DNA of 63,919 nt, filler included, from Octopus bimaculoides (GCF_001194135.2; 7 parts of 7 records of this genome joined end to end with filler, not necessarily neighbours in it); one strand, 5' to 3'. Shown: positions 11,601 to 23,829, counted from the first letter of the whole stretch. The notes: generated by a model not told the origin, from the sequence alone. Numbers and translations are program-made.

Positions 11601-11932
11601 TATATCCTTCTAGCTATAATTTAGTAGCATCAGAAAGCAAAGCTCACAACAGGTGGCTGGTAGCCAGAAGCACTATGTAACTATTAAGTTATATATATAT
11701 TTTAACCTTAGGTATACACCTAATTGTATACCTAAGGCATACACCCGGTAGTATACCTACGACTACTTGATGTCATCCACAGAATTGATGTAAATGTCAC
11801 TGGATCTACCTGAGGAATTCCTCAGTATCTATCAAGTATGTAACAAATGAGAGAAGCAGCAAATGGAAATCACAAGATTCTTTATTAATCACAATGGTCC
11901 GTTTCGCCCCATCTTGCATTGGTCCTTTGTTT

Positions 11933-12201
11933 GTGAGGTACTGTTCAAGTGCTTGTAGTGCACCCTTCAGTGCGGATGTGTTTCATCAGGTGACTTTTCA
12001 ACAGGTATCTTGCTGAATAGACATGGTTTCGCTTGGTTCTATTATAATGCTTGTCACTATTTGCCTGTAGCTGGTAACAACATGCATTATTATAGAACCA
12101 AGCAAAACCAAATTTATTGAGCAAGGTACCTTTTGAACAGTCACCTGACGAGATACATCTGCACTGCAGGATGCATTACAACCACCTGTACATTACCTCA
12201 T
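11933..12201. repeat. Long imperfect inverted repeat (118-bp arms)
   Basis: Manual alignment of 11933-12050 (reverse complement) to 12084-12201 gives 21 mismatches and no indels. Confidence 0.92.
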
Positions 12202-12251
12202 CTGTGAGGGATTGAATTTCATTTTGTTTCTTTCATGTGTTTTGTGTGTGA

Positions 12252-12283
<32 letters not shown>

Positions 12284-13742
12284 NNNNNNNNNNNNNNNNN
12301 NNNNNNNNNNNNNNNNNNNNNNNNNNNNNNNNNNNNNNNNNNNNNNNNNNNNNNNNNNNNNNNNNNNNNNNNNNNNNNNNNNNNNNNNNNNNNNNNNNNN
12401 NNNNNNNNNNNNNNNNNNNNNNNNNNNNNNNNNNNNNNNNNNNNNNNNNNNNNNNNNNNNNNNNNNNNNNNNNNNNNNNNNNNNNNNNNNNNNNNNNNNN
12501 NNNNNNNNNNNNNNNNNNNNNNNNNNNNNNNNNNNNNNNNNNNNNNNNNNNNNNNNNNNNNNNNNNNNNNNNNNNNNNNNNNNNNNNNNNNNNNNNNNNN
12601 NNNNNNNNNNNNNNNNNNNNNNNNNNNNNNNNNNNNNNNNNNNNNNNNNNNNNNNNNNNNNNNNNNNNNNNNNNNNNNNNNNNNNNNNNNNNNNNNNNNN
12701 NNNNNNNNNNNNNNNNNNNNNNNNNNNNNNNNNNNNNNNNNNNNNNNNNNNNNNNNNNNNNNNNNNNNNNNNNNNNNNNNNNNNNNNNNNNNNNNNNNNN
12801 NNNNNNNNNNNNNNNNNNNNNNNNNNNNNNNNNNNNNNNNNNNNNNNNNNNNNNNNNNNNNNNNNNNNNNNNNNNNNNNNNNNNNNNNNNNNNNNNNNNN
12901 NNNNNNNNNNNNNNNNNNNNNNNNNNNNNNNNNNNNNNNNNNNNNNNNNNNNNNNNNNNNNNNNNNNNNNNNNNNNNNNNNNNNNNNNNNNNNNNNNNNN
13001 NNNNNNNNNNNNNNNNNNNNNNNNNNNNNNNNNNNNNNNNNNNNNNNNNNNNNNNNNNNNNNNNNNNNNNNNNNNNNNNNNNNNNNNNNNNNNNNNNNNN
13101 NNNNNNNNNNNNNNNNNNNNNNNNNNNNNNNNNNNNNNNNNNNNNNNNNNNNNNNNNNNNNNNNNNNNNNNNNNNNNNNNNNNNNNNNNNNNNNNNNNNN
13201 NNNNNNNNNNNNNNNNNNNNNNNNNNNNTATATATATATATATATATATATATATCTTTTAAATTTGTTTATGGGAAACGTTTTGCATATGCAAATAAAG
13301 CTCCTATTCTATTATGCCAGCCACAGTCTAATGATGCTGATTGGTGAACCAGTTCTTTTGGGTTGCATCGAGCTGTACTGATTTAATGCAGGATATATAA
13401 TATATATATATAAAGTTATATGTCACATTGCATGCAGTACTGGACTTGTTTTCTCTGAAGAAATTTGAGAAAGCACCGACAGATCATTCCACTGTATCTT
13501 TTCTTTCCTTTCCTTCCCTCCTCCCTCACACACACACACACCAAAGTAACTGGTTGAAGACTTTGTCTTAGATTTGTCTCCTAGCAATATAAGAAGGTTA
13601 TGAGAAACTACTTCACATTTCAAATGCTTGTGTTAAAGTTCTGCTGTTTTGATCTTCGATATTCTGGCAGATCATTAGTGTTAGACAGTTTTCATCTGAT
13701 TCTATTTTAGTGGATACTGTATTAAAAATAAAACGGTGGTGA

Positions 13743-13826
<84 letters not shown>

Positions 13827-14239
13827 NNNNNNNNNNNNNNNNNNNNNNNNNNNNNNNNNNNNNNNNNNNNTTAATTAATTAANNNNNNNNNNNNNNNNNN
13901 NNNNNNNNNNNNNNNNNNNNNNNNNNCAAAACAGAATATGAAGTTGGGAAATTTATTGGTATTATTTATTCACCATTACACAGGTTTCATTTACTTAATA
14001 GGAATTACAACGACAGCAAGTACGTATTGGATTGTAATAATGGAATAAGCAGACGTTCTCTAAAAGCAAAAAAAAAAAAAAATTGATTAACACTCACTAA
14101 ATCAAGACATGTTACATGGGACTTGTTTCATTGAGACAAAAATGAAAGCAAGATGCTCAACAGAGCAGAATAGCAAATCAGAAAAAGCAACATCAAGTTG
14201 AAACTGAGGCAACTAGTATTGATTTGTGTTGGTATAAAG

Positions 14240-15021
14240 CAGTGGTTCCCAAACGTTTTTGAGCTGCCGGCCCCTTTGGCATCCAGGCCACATTCCTAGC
14301 ACCCGACCCCAACTCACCACCACAAACATGGACCGCCTTCTGCAGCAGATTCAAAATAACTGTATTTCGCAATTAAAATTTATCCTAATTAACCCACTAT
14401 TTTGCTGTTTTTACACAACATTATCGTCCGCTTTTGGCCACCTCATTACCCTTACTTTTGGCTACCCTATTCCCCTCCCTTTTGGCCACCTCATTACCCT
14501 TACTTTTGGCTACCCTATTCCCCTCCCTTTTGGCCACCTCATTATCGTCCCTATTTGCCACCCCATTATACCTCCTGTTGGCTACCCCATTATTGTCCTC
14601 TTTTGGCCACCCCATTTATCGCCTGCTTTTGGCTACTTCATCACCCTCCACTTTGGCCACCCTATCATCACCCCCGTTTGGCTACCTCATTATTGTCCCT
14701 TTTGGCTACCCCATTATTGTCCCCTTTTGGCCACCCGATTATCGCTCTCTTTTGGCTACCCCGTTATAATCCGCTTTTTTTCCACCTCATTATCGCCCCC
14801 TTTTGGTCACCTCATTGTCACCCTCTTTTGGCCACCACGACATCATCCCTTTTGGTCACCCCATTATCGCCTCCTTTTGACTACCACATTATCGCCCCTT
14901 GTTTGCCACCCCATTATCCCTCCCATTTGTCGCCTCATTATCGCCCCACTTTTCTTGCACCCCCCTCTGGATCTTTCCACTGTCCTCAAGGATGCAGTAT
15001 CACCTATTTTGCGAAGCAGTT
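14240..15021 (+). mobile_element. hAT-like non-autonomous element containing a ~25-bp minisatellite
   Basis: Starts CAGTGGTTCCCAAAC, a hAT/Charlie-type TIR. Its first ~190 nt match 26545-26736 (reverse complement). The right TIR is decayed (TTTGCGAAGCAGTT) and no TSD was found. Confidence 0.7.
14425..14960. repeat. Minisatellite, unit approximately CCCCTTTTGGCCACCCCATTATCG
   Basis: About 20 diverged units, including two adjacent identical 49-nt dimers. It explains the ORFs at 14259-15052. Confidence 0.92.
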
Positions 15022-15155
15022 AATACCCGTTAAATATTATAATTTCATATGATGTAAGTTCTGACATTTTTCTTTTTGTTCTGCCGCATACGTAAAACTT
15101 GGATGAAGCACTCGTACCAATATCCCATTTTGGGCAGTGACATGTTCACGCTCAC

Positions 15156-15300
15156 CTGTTTCGTCGCTCGAAGAAGCGACTTTCGCGGGCCAGATCCTTC
15201 GTTTGCTTTTCTTACTGTCGTAGAGATCAACCCGACAAGATCTGAAGAATGTAACTAGTAACGCATTTTTTCGGTAACCGACAGATACGAGGTACATGTC
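15156..15300 (-). promoter_or_regulatory. Candidate first (non-coding) exon / promoter region
   Basis: CpG-rich unique sequence at the edge of the CpG-depleted domain, with a consensus donor CAG|GTGAGC at 15156/15155. Confidence 0.35.
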
Positions 15301-15465
15301 AATGTGTCTGTTGCATTTTTCTTGTATGAAAATCTGGTTCATAATGACTTACTTNNNNNNNNNNNNNNNNNNNNNNNNNNNNNNNNNNNNNNNNNNNNNN
15401 NNNNNNNNNNNNNNNNNNNNNNNNNNNNNNNNNNNNNNNNNNNNNNNNNNNNNNNNNTATATATA

Positions 15466-16741
15466 CAGGCATACATCACCCTATGTCGTTAATTGGTTCC
15501 AGGAGACACGACTCATGTCGAATTAACTTTTCTCTAGGCTAGGCTAGACCGAATTTACTTGTCTCTAGGCTAAACCGATAATAACCATTCCCAGTTCTGT
15601 ACTTTATTTATGAATGCATTTTCAATAATACATGGTTAATAAAAACCTATTTTAAGCTTACAAACTAATATTTTTTTTATTTTTCAATACAGTACATCAA
15701 AGAAAAGTAATCTAAATCTACGAATGTATTTTACGAATATATTTTAATGGAGTGATAACTTCTTCCCTCCTTAAATCTCATGACCAATCATTGACTTGCC
15801 TTGAACTCTACATCTTTCTCATTTAAATATTTTTTCTTCAGGTCTTCAAACAAAGACAACGATTTCTCTTGAATGATTTCTTGACGAAAAGAAGTACGCT
15901 GACGATTCAAACTAACAATCCAAAGAGAAAGAAGACTTTCCGTTTCTTCAAATATTCTGCCACTTTTCTTATTGACGACAGTGTTCTTCATCCCTGGGAC
16001 TTCAGATTCGATGTGTGCTAAAATCTTGTCCTTATTATGTACAATCGTCGATACAGTTGTCTGACTCATCCCAAAAGATCGTGCAATAGCTACCACTTTT
16101 TCACCTTTTTCATGGCGTTTTATCATAGCCAGTTTATCTTCCAGCGTTATAGCATGACGTTTAGCACTTTCACTATGAATTTTCTTTGGAGCAATGGGGG
16201 CAAAAAATTAAGTCACAAATGAATGTGAATGAGAAAGTAGCCGATAAACAAACGTAAACAAATCTGAATTCAAAACAATCGTAGGAATCACGAGTGACAG
16301 CGTCACCTAACGGTAGAAATTTTAGAGTAGAGGGCCAGCTGATTAGATCGAACCAGTACGCAACTGGTACTTAATTTTGCAGCCCCGAAAGGGTGAAAGG
16401 CAAAATCGACCTCGGCGGAATTTGAACTCAGAACGTAAAGACAGACAAACTACTGTTAAGCATTTCGCCCGACGTGCTAACGTCTATACCGGCTCGCCGC
16501 CTTCTAATTACATTGCTATTGAGCAAAGAAATATGACTTCTATTCTTATTTATTGTACAGTAACATTATGTGCTTTTAACGGTTTTCTAGTGATTTTACG
16601 ATTCCAGTATTTATGCCGGACAGACGTGAAGTCGAGTAAAATGACTTAACTTGATCTTTATTTTTCCATAATATATTTTTGAAAACCGACGTATAATCGA
16701 AAACGCCTTAAATCGAAACGACTTAAGCTGAGGTATGCCCG
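15466..16741 (-). mobile_element. Internally deleted Tigger/pogo DNA transposon
   Basis: TIRs CAGGCATACATCA / TGAGGTATGCCCG. ORF 15788..16126 encodes psq-HTH and CENP-B HTH (VVAIARSFGMSQTTVSTI...LLSLWI...FKASQ), then a stop where G(W)F is expected. Confidence 0.9.
16320..16502 (-). mobile_element. SINE family B nested in the Tigger element
   Basis: CCCCGAAAGGGTGAAAGGCAAAATCGACCTCGGCGGAATTTGAACTCAGAACG...GCTCGCCGCCT. Confidence 0.9.
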
Positions 16742-16865
16742 TGTATATATATATACTAGAGTACACCAAAGTTTTTTTTAGCTTAGCCTCAATGTGTTTG
16801 TGTATGTGCGTGCATGGGTGCGAGCGTATATGTGTGTGTTTTTGTGTATGTACATACTTTTATAT

Positions 16866-16921
<56 letters not shown>

Positions 16922-17035
16922 TACATACATACATACAATACACGCACAAACATACATCCAAACGTATACACACACTCACGAACGCCATGTACACACGCAC
17001 ACACAAATACATTGTTGCTACACAAAACAACTCAA

Positions 17036-17082
<47 letters not shown>

Positions 17083-17215
17083 NNNNNNNNNNNNNNNNNN
17101 NNNNNNNNNNNNNNNNNNNNNNNNNNNNNNNNNNNNNNNNNNNNNNNNNNNNNNNNNNNNNNNNNNNNNNNNNNNNNNNNNNNNNNNNNNNNNNNNNNNN
17201 NNNNNNNNNNNNNNN

Positions 17216-17251
<36 letters not shown>

Positions 17252-17585
17252 TGCAAGCACACATTTGTGTATAATGATGATATCAGTTACTGATTACAAT
17301 GGCGCTTAGCAGAGATGATGCCCCTTTTCATCAGTTGTTACTATGGCGCCGAGGTCACTTTTTACGGTCGCAGGTCATACGTCACATATCACACACACAT
17401 GTATGTATGATTGAGCTCAATGGTCAACTGATAAGAATATAATTATATTTGTCGCCAAATAACTGGCCTTACACTAACGAGTCCCGAAATGTATACATAC
17501 AGACATCTATTCACTTCTCTGTCTAGATGTATGTATACACGTGCAAATTCATGCACACACGCTTAAGCACGTATCAGTATTGTTT

Positions 17586-17984
17586 ATTTTTTTTTACTTG
17601 TTTCAGTCATTACATTGTGGCCATGCTGGGGCACCACCTTGAACAAATGTTAGTCGAACAAAACAATTTCAGTACTTTTTTTTTTTTTCAAAGCCAGTAT
17701 TTATTCTATTGGTCACTTTTGCCGAACCGCTAAACTACAGGTACATAAACACATCAATACCGGTTGTCAAGAGATGGTGTGGGGACAAACGCAGGCACAA
17801 AGATACACACACACATGAAAATCTGTACCACAGGCTTCTTTCAGTTTCCGCCTACCAAATCTATTCACAAGGCTTTGATTAACCCAAGGCTATAGCAGAA
17901 GACACTTGGCGAAGAAGCCACGCAGTGGGATTGAACCCAGACCCATGTGGTTGAGAAGTAAACTTCTTATCGCACAGCCACGCC
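17586..17984 (-). mobile_element. tRNA-derived SINE family A (CORE-like), near full length
   Basis: A tRNA-like head, the GGCACCTTGGGCAAGTGTCTTC-type core and the TGACTGAAACAAGTAAAA tail, all shared with many copies. Confidence 0.9.
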
Positions 17985-19033
17985 TATATATAAATATAAA
18001 TGTATTATATATAAAACTTAGATAAACTTAGACAGGATCTGGTTTTTTTTTCATTTGCAAAATATGCATTTTTTAAAAGACAGTAAAAAATCTGAAAATC
18101 AGCTATAATAATATAGTTTTCCAGTCTAATCGCTATGAAGGTATGATGTGGAGAAAAAAATTGGAGGAAAAAGTTACAGAGGTTTAAAAATTGAAAAAAA
18201 CGGCATTTTTAGCTAATAGCGAAACAGAAATTTTCTGTGTTTAGCGGAGCGGTGTCAACTTTACGTAGTCAACCATAAGGTTGTACTCTGTGAAATTTAT
18301 AGTTTAGCGTCTATGAAATGGCCTCTTCATTGTAGGTTTCTAAATAAACAGAAATACCTAATAAAATCAACATGTATAATCTTATTGTTTCTTTTATCTT
18401 TTCATTGATTGTATGTTTTTATTGTTTTTAAATTTGTTAGATTAATATATTTGTCTGCATGTGTTTATTTTATGCGTATTTCAGTATTATGTAAACATGT
18501 CTTGTATTTGTGTATATCATTAATATATAAGTGCATGTGTGTCTGCGTGTGTGTTTGTGTATGTGTGTGTGAAAAGGGGGCGTTTGTCTCCAAAACTTCA
18601 AAGTTGAGTAACGATTTCATGCTTGGATTTGTAAACTACGATAAGAATAACACTGGTCAACAACGAATTTGCCCCAAGGAAAAGAATACCTGTATCTTAT
18701 ACATTTTTGCATGCAAAATTAAAAAGTAATGTCAAATTATCTGTATTAAGTTCACATATTCCATTCACCTTCATAATGCCAAGAAATCGTACAAACATCG
18801 CAAAAAACCTTTGCTATATAAGATTGGGCAAATGTGTGTGTGTGTACACACCCATACATGTATGTAAGTGTGTACGTATATATGTATATGTGTACGTATA
18901 TATGTATGTATATGTGCATGTATGTGTGTGTTTGTTGTGTAGACATATATGCATATATATTTGTATGTTTATATATGTTTATATATAAATATGTACGTGT
19001 CTGATTCTCGAGAATGGTTGCCTATTGGTTAGA

Positions 19034-19205
19034 GCAGTAGTTCTCAAACGGGGTCCATATGGCCCTTCAGGGTCCATATAAGGTTTTACTGTTAAAATTT
19101 ATCTGCAAAAAATAGCTTATACTTCTACAATACCCAAAATATTTCAATTCTTTTACACAATTCCTAATAATATTTAATTATATAAAAAAAGTAATATTTT
19201 TTATA
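19034..19205 (+). mobile_element. hAT-type MITE, left part
   Basis: CAGTAGTTCTCAAACGGGGTCCATATG is homologous to 36904-37157. Confidence 0.75.
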
Positions 19206-19213
19206 TATACATA

Positions 19214-19451
19214 GACGCAGGAGTGGCTGTGTATTAAGTAACTTGCTTACCAACCATATGGTTCCGGGTTCAGTCCCACTGCATGGCACCTTCGGCAAGT
19301 GTCTTCTACTATAGCCTCGGGCCGATCAAAGCCTTGTGAGTGGATTTGTGACGGAAGCTGAAAGAAGCCCNNNNNNNNNNNNNNNNNNNNNNNNNNNNNN
19401 NNNNNNNNNNNNNNNNNNNNNNNNNNNNNNNNNNNNNNNNNNNNNNNNNNN

Positions 19452-19489
<38 letters not shown>

Positions 19490-19690
19490 TGTGTGTCTGG
19501 GTTTGCACCCCCCCCATCGCTTGACAACTGATGCTGGTGTGTTTACGTCCCCGTAACTTAGCGGTTCGGCAAAAGAGACCGATAGAAGAAGTACTAGGCT
19601 TACAAAGAATACGTCCTAGGTCGATTTGCTCGACTAAAGGGGGTGCTCCAGCATGGCCGCGGTCAAATGACTGAAACATAAAAGAATAAG
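19214..19690 (+). mobile_element. SINE family A (gap inside)
   Basis: GGAGTGGCTGTG head through GACTGAAACATAAAAGAATAAG tail. Confidence 0.92.
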
Positions 19691-21544
19691 AGTGAATAGT
19701 TCTGGAGGTCCAGTAGAGTAAAATAGGAATCAAAATTGTCAATAGGCGCAAAATGGTTGTGAACCACTGGGGTAGATTTTTGGACAAAATATCTTGTTGT
19801 ATTATTTCTGCTTCCTATATTCCGAGTTCAATCCTCACTGAGATCAACTTTGCCTTTCTTTTTTCCTGGAATCGATAAATAAAGTACCAGAATAGGGCGA
19901 CTGGCTGTCGGGATCATCAGCGCGCTGGCTGCTTTGCGATGGTTCTGTGTTATGAGTTCAAATCCCGTCATTGACTACTTTATCCATCACTCTCTTTAAG
20001 ATCCCTACTTGGTACCTTGGGTACAGACAAACAGCCACAGACATGCACACATTCAAACACATATATTGACAAACGATTACATATTTATTCTACACCAGGC
20101 AGACAGGCTGTGGCCTGTGTACCACTTATTTTATCGATCTTCCTTTGCCGACTTAGGTAAAATCTGGGTCAAAACACCACCACCACCACCACCACCACCA
20201 CCACCACCACCACCACCACCACCACCAACCACCACCACCACTAACAACAACAACAACAACAACAACAACTTATGCAGCTATGAAGACAATGCTTTCGCTT
20301 CTTGCCATGACAAAGCGACTACGCAGTTACATTCTCTGCTAGACATAGAAACCAATCTCCTTCAAGTAATACACGCCCGTGTTAGGAAAAGGAAGGGCAC
20401 ATTGGAAAATGTAGCCCGTGATATATTATGAATGAACCAAAACAAAGAAAATCAGAAGAAAAGACGAGTTGATCACAATTCTGAGTATCTCTGATCATAG
20501 CTCATAGTTCTGCTCTCTCAGGGCTGACTTGGCGGTAAAAAAGACAAAACAACAACAGCAACAACAATAGCAATAGCTGGAACAGTGCTGCTGCTCGGCA
20601 TCGAATTCACTCATCCGTAACAACTTCCCGCTTTCAACACAAATGCATAACCTACGATTTCCAGCAGGATATGAATGGGCGGCTGTCAAGTAATACGTCC
20701 GGTTCTATTCGCTGTCACTCCAATGTTCCCTCAATAATAGAAACCTCACAACATCACCTTTACTGTTTAAGGATGTTATAACCATGAATGGTTGCTTCAA
20801 TATTTTCGTTCTTCTCATATTACATTACAAAATTAACACCAACAATAATTTTCATGTCTGCAGAGTTGTTGTTTATCCCAGATTAGTTTTAATTCAACAG
20901 ACTTATAATTAGAGGCTTTCTAGCAATGACCAACTCGTCTTTAGCGTAGTTTAAAAATTAGATATTGCAAATGATGAACAATAGCGTCGTTGATTTCAGA
21001 TTTCTTGTTGGTTTACAGTATTTCCGATAGATTTACAAGTGATAAAAAATGGACAACAGAGCATAGTAAATGACATTAAGGGAGCCATACACAAGAATTA
21101 AAGTTCATAAAATACTCTTCTTTCATATTCCAAATGCAGATTAATAAATCCTATCAAAAGTTAAATAAATAGAACCAGTAAAGATATTTTAAATTTCACA
21201 AATTTTTTACTTGAAACAAGTCACTTCTTTTCTCTCTTGGAAAAATATTGTATTTATTATTAAGTAATCTGTAAAGTAGATTGTAATAACTTTTGTAGAT
21301 TTATACAGTTTGAAATCATAAATTTCTACCTGCTAATAATCAGACACCTTCTCCAGAATGTTTTACAATTTAATGGCAGTTTTATTTCAATTCGAGATTC
21401 AAGCATGAATATTATGATGTACACTAAGAATTTTTTGCTGAGTCTTTTTGCCTATAATAATAGTCAGAAATTGTTTGATGTAATCATGAGGTCATACGAT
21501 GGGTCTGAGGTTTGTGGCTTAATAGGAATATACGTATAACCGGA

Positions 21545-21922
21545 GGTGCAAGGGCCCAGTGGTTAGAGCAGCGGACTCGCGGTCATAGGATCGCGGTTTC
21601 GATTCCCAGACCGGGCGTTGTGAGTGTTTATTGAGCGAAAACACCTAAAGCTCCACGTGGCTCCGGTAGGGGGTGGTGGCGAACCCTGCTGTACTCTTTC
21701 ACCACAACTTTCACTCATTCTTACTTCCTGTTTCTGTTGTACCTGTAATTCAAAGGGCCAGCTTTGTCACACTGTGTCACGCCGAATATCCCCGAGAACT
21801 ACGTTAAGGGTACACGTGTCTGTGGAATGCTCAGCCACTTGCACGTTAATTTCACGAGTAGGCTGTTCCGTTGATCGGATCAACTGGAACCCTCGACGTC
21901 GTAAGCAACGGAGTACCAACAC
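21545..21922 (+). mobile_element. tRNA-derived SINE family C
   Basis: A-box-like GGCCCAGTGGTTAG and B-box-like GGTTTCGATTCCC. The body matches 49385-49655 (reverse complement). Confidence 0.9.
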
Positions 21923-21967
21923 ACATATGCATGTTTTTCATATGCATGTCTATGCATATTCCCTTAC

Positions 21968-22362
21968 TCTTATTCTCTTACTTGTTTCGGTTATTTGACA
22001 ACGACCATGCTGGAGCACCGCCTTAAAGGGAAGAAATTAATCCCGGGACTTATTCTTTTTAAGTCCAGTATTTAAACTATCGGTCCTTTTTGCTGAACCG
22101 CTAAGTTGCGGGAACCTAAACACACCAGCATCGGTTGTCAAGCGGTGGTGGAGGGACAAACACAGACACACATACACACAAACATTTATACATATATATA
22201 CACGACAAGCTTCTTTCAGTTTCCGTCTACCGAATCCACTCACAAGGCTTCAGTTGGCCCGAGGCTATAGTAGAAGACACTAGCCCATGGTGCCACGCAG
22301 TGGGACCGAACCTGGAAACATGTGGTTGGGAAGCAAGCTTCTTACCACGCAGACACGCCTGC
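21968..22362 (-). mobile_element. SINE family A, full length
   Basis: Matches the other family A copies along its whole length. Confidence 0.92.
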
Positions 22363-23159
22363 ACCTATATTACATATACACATGTATATATATCAATATA
22401 TATATGCACACAGATACATCCATCTTTATATATATATATACATAGATATGCCTACATATACATACGTACAGACATACACATACACAGATACAGACACCGA
22501 CACACCGACACACACACACACACACACACACGAGAAACACACAACAGAAAGACACATAGGAACACACCTATATGTTCAGTGGTATCGCGGTAAACCATTA
22601 TGTCATATCACCTGTTTAAACAGCTGATGGGCTTTTTTTTAATCATTTTATTTTGCTTGTTGTTGACACATTGGTTTTAGCAATGAATAGAATTCCAAGT
22701 AGAGCGAACTGGTGAGATATAAAAGCTTTGCCTCGCACCTCCTTCCCAAAGTCCATACATACTATAATCCACTAGATTCACATTATGCATGCCTTGAACA
22801 CAAGAGCAAAAATAATATAAAGGGACTAACAAAAGGAGATAAAAAAAAATAGCCAACTGAAAAATCCACAACGAGACTAAATGTATTTTACGTTTGGGCG
22901 TTGTCTCACGGACTCAATTAAACAAAAACATATTCGGTAGATATAATATCGCGGTTTCGTATCGCGTCAGTTCTTTTCTTACAAATTATATAATACTTTT
23001 TGTGAGATGTTTTCTTTGTTAAATTTAATATGTGAGAGGTTTTGTCAAGGACTCAAAGATCGGAGCACTCTGACACGAGATCATACATGCGACGCAGTTT
23101 CAATTTCTGGACGAAGCAATCTTCCGAACGAACTTGCACTCTAGTATTGTCTCTCCTTA

Positions 23160-23385
23160 AGGCGGCGAGCTGGCAGAATCGTTAGCACGGTGGGTAAACT
23201 GCTTAGCAGCATTTCGTCCGTCTTTACATTCTGTGTTCAAATTCTGCCGAGGTCGATTTTGCCATTCATTCTTTCCGGATCGATAAAATAGAGTACTGAT
23301 CGATGTAATCAATTTTCCCCCATCCTACCCCCTCTCGAAATTGTTGGCCATATGCCAAAATTTGAAATCTCTTCTAGAAAATCGT
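23160..23385 (+). mobile_element. SINE family B
   Basis: GGCGGCGAGCTGGCAGAATCGTTAGCAC head with GAGGTCGATTTTGCCATTCATTC core. Confidence 0.9.
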
Positions 23386-23829
23386 AAAGGTATTTGGTTG
23401 CTGATTCAACACATTAGCGATGGGTCTGATCCCCTGCGTGAAGGTGCATGGTCTAGTGATAAGAATTTTCGGCTTCTATCAAAATTTCGTGGGTTCAATT
23501 CATAGACCAAACGAACGTTTTGTCCTAAAGCAAGATACTTCATTCCCCGTTGCTCCAGTCTACTCAGCTGGAAATGAGTACCAGCGAACTGCTGGTACAT
23601 TTCTCTCTTCATCTAGTTATGATATCTTGAATGCGACGTGAGTTAAGGCCTAACAGAGTACAAAGGGTGTGAATATCTGCTCACGATTACACAGGCACTT
23701 AAAACAATCAAAGAAAGCACGGTGCTTGTTAACAAGCTACAGTTAGTTGCGAGCGATAGCTGGATCCTTACGGAACCGGTATTTGGTTGGTATTTATGTT
23801 ATCGCTCCCAGAAGAATGAAAATACAGAG

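Noticed and set aside
11950-12050. C2H2-like LKSHLMKH peptide on the minus strand
   Set aside because: No correctly spaced Cys pair, and it lies in one arm of an inverted repeat whose other arm has a stop.
13871-13882. TTAATTAATTAA recurring at 13871, 38702, 46401, 49912, 55714 and 61356
   Set aside because: Always centred in a 100-nt N gap (44 N each side). It is scaffolder padding with stops in all frames, not biology.
13984-14019. Plus-strand 36-nt micro-exon candidate GFIYLIGITTTA
   Set aside because: Short, isolated and compatible with chance in AT-rich DNA.
14259-15052. Long Pro/Trp/His-rich ORFs (254 and 216 aa)
   Set aside because: They arise from a stop-poor minisatellite inside a hAT-like element.
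21545-21615. tRNA-like sequence with A and B boxes
   Set aside because: It continues into a SINE body found again at 49385, and has no convincing acceptor stem. It is a SINE head, not a tRNA gene.
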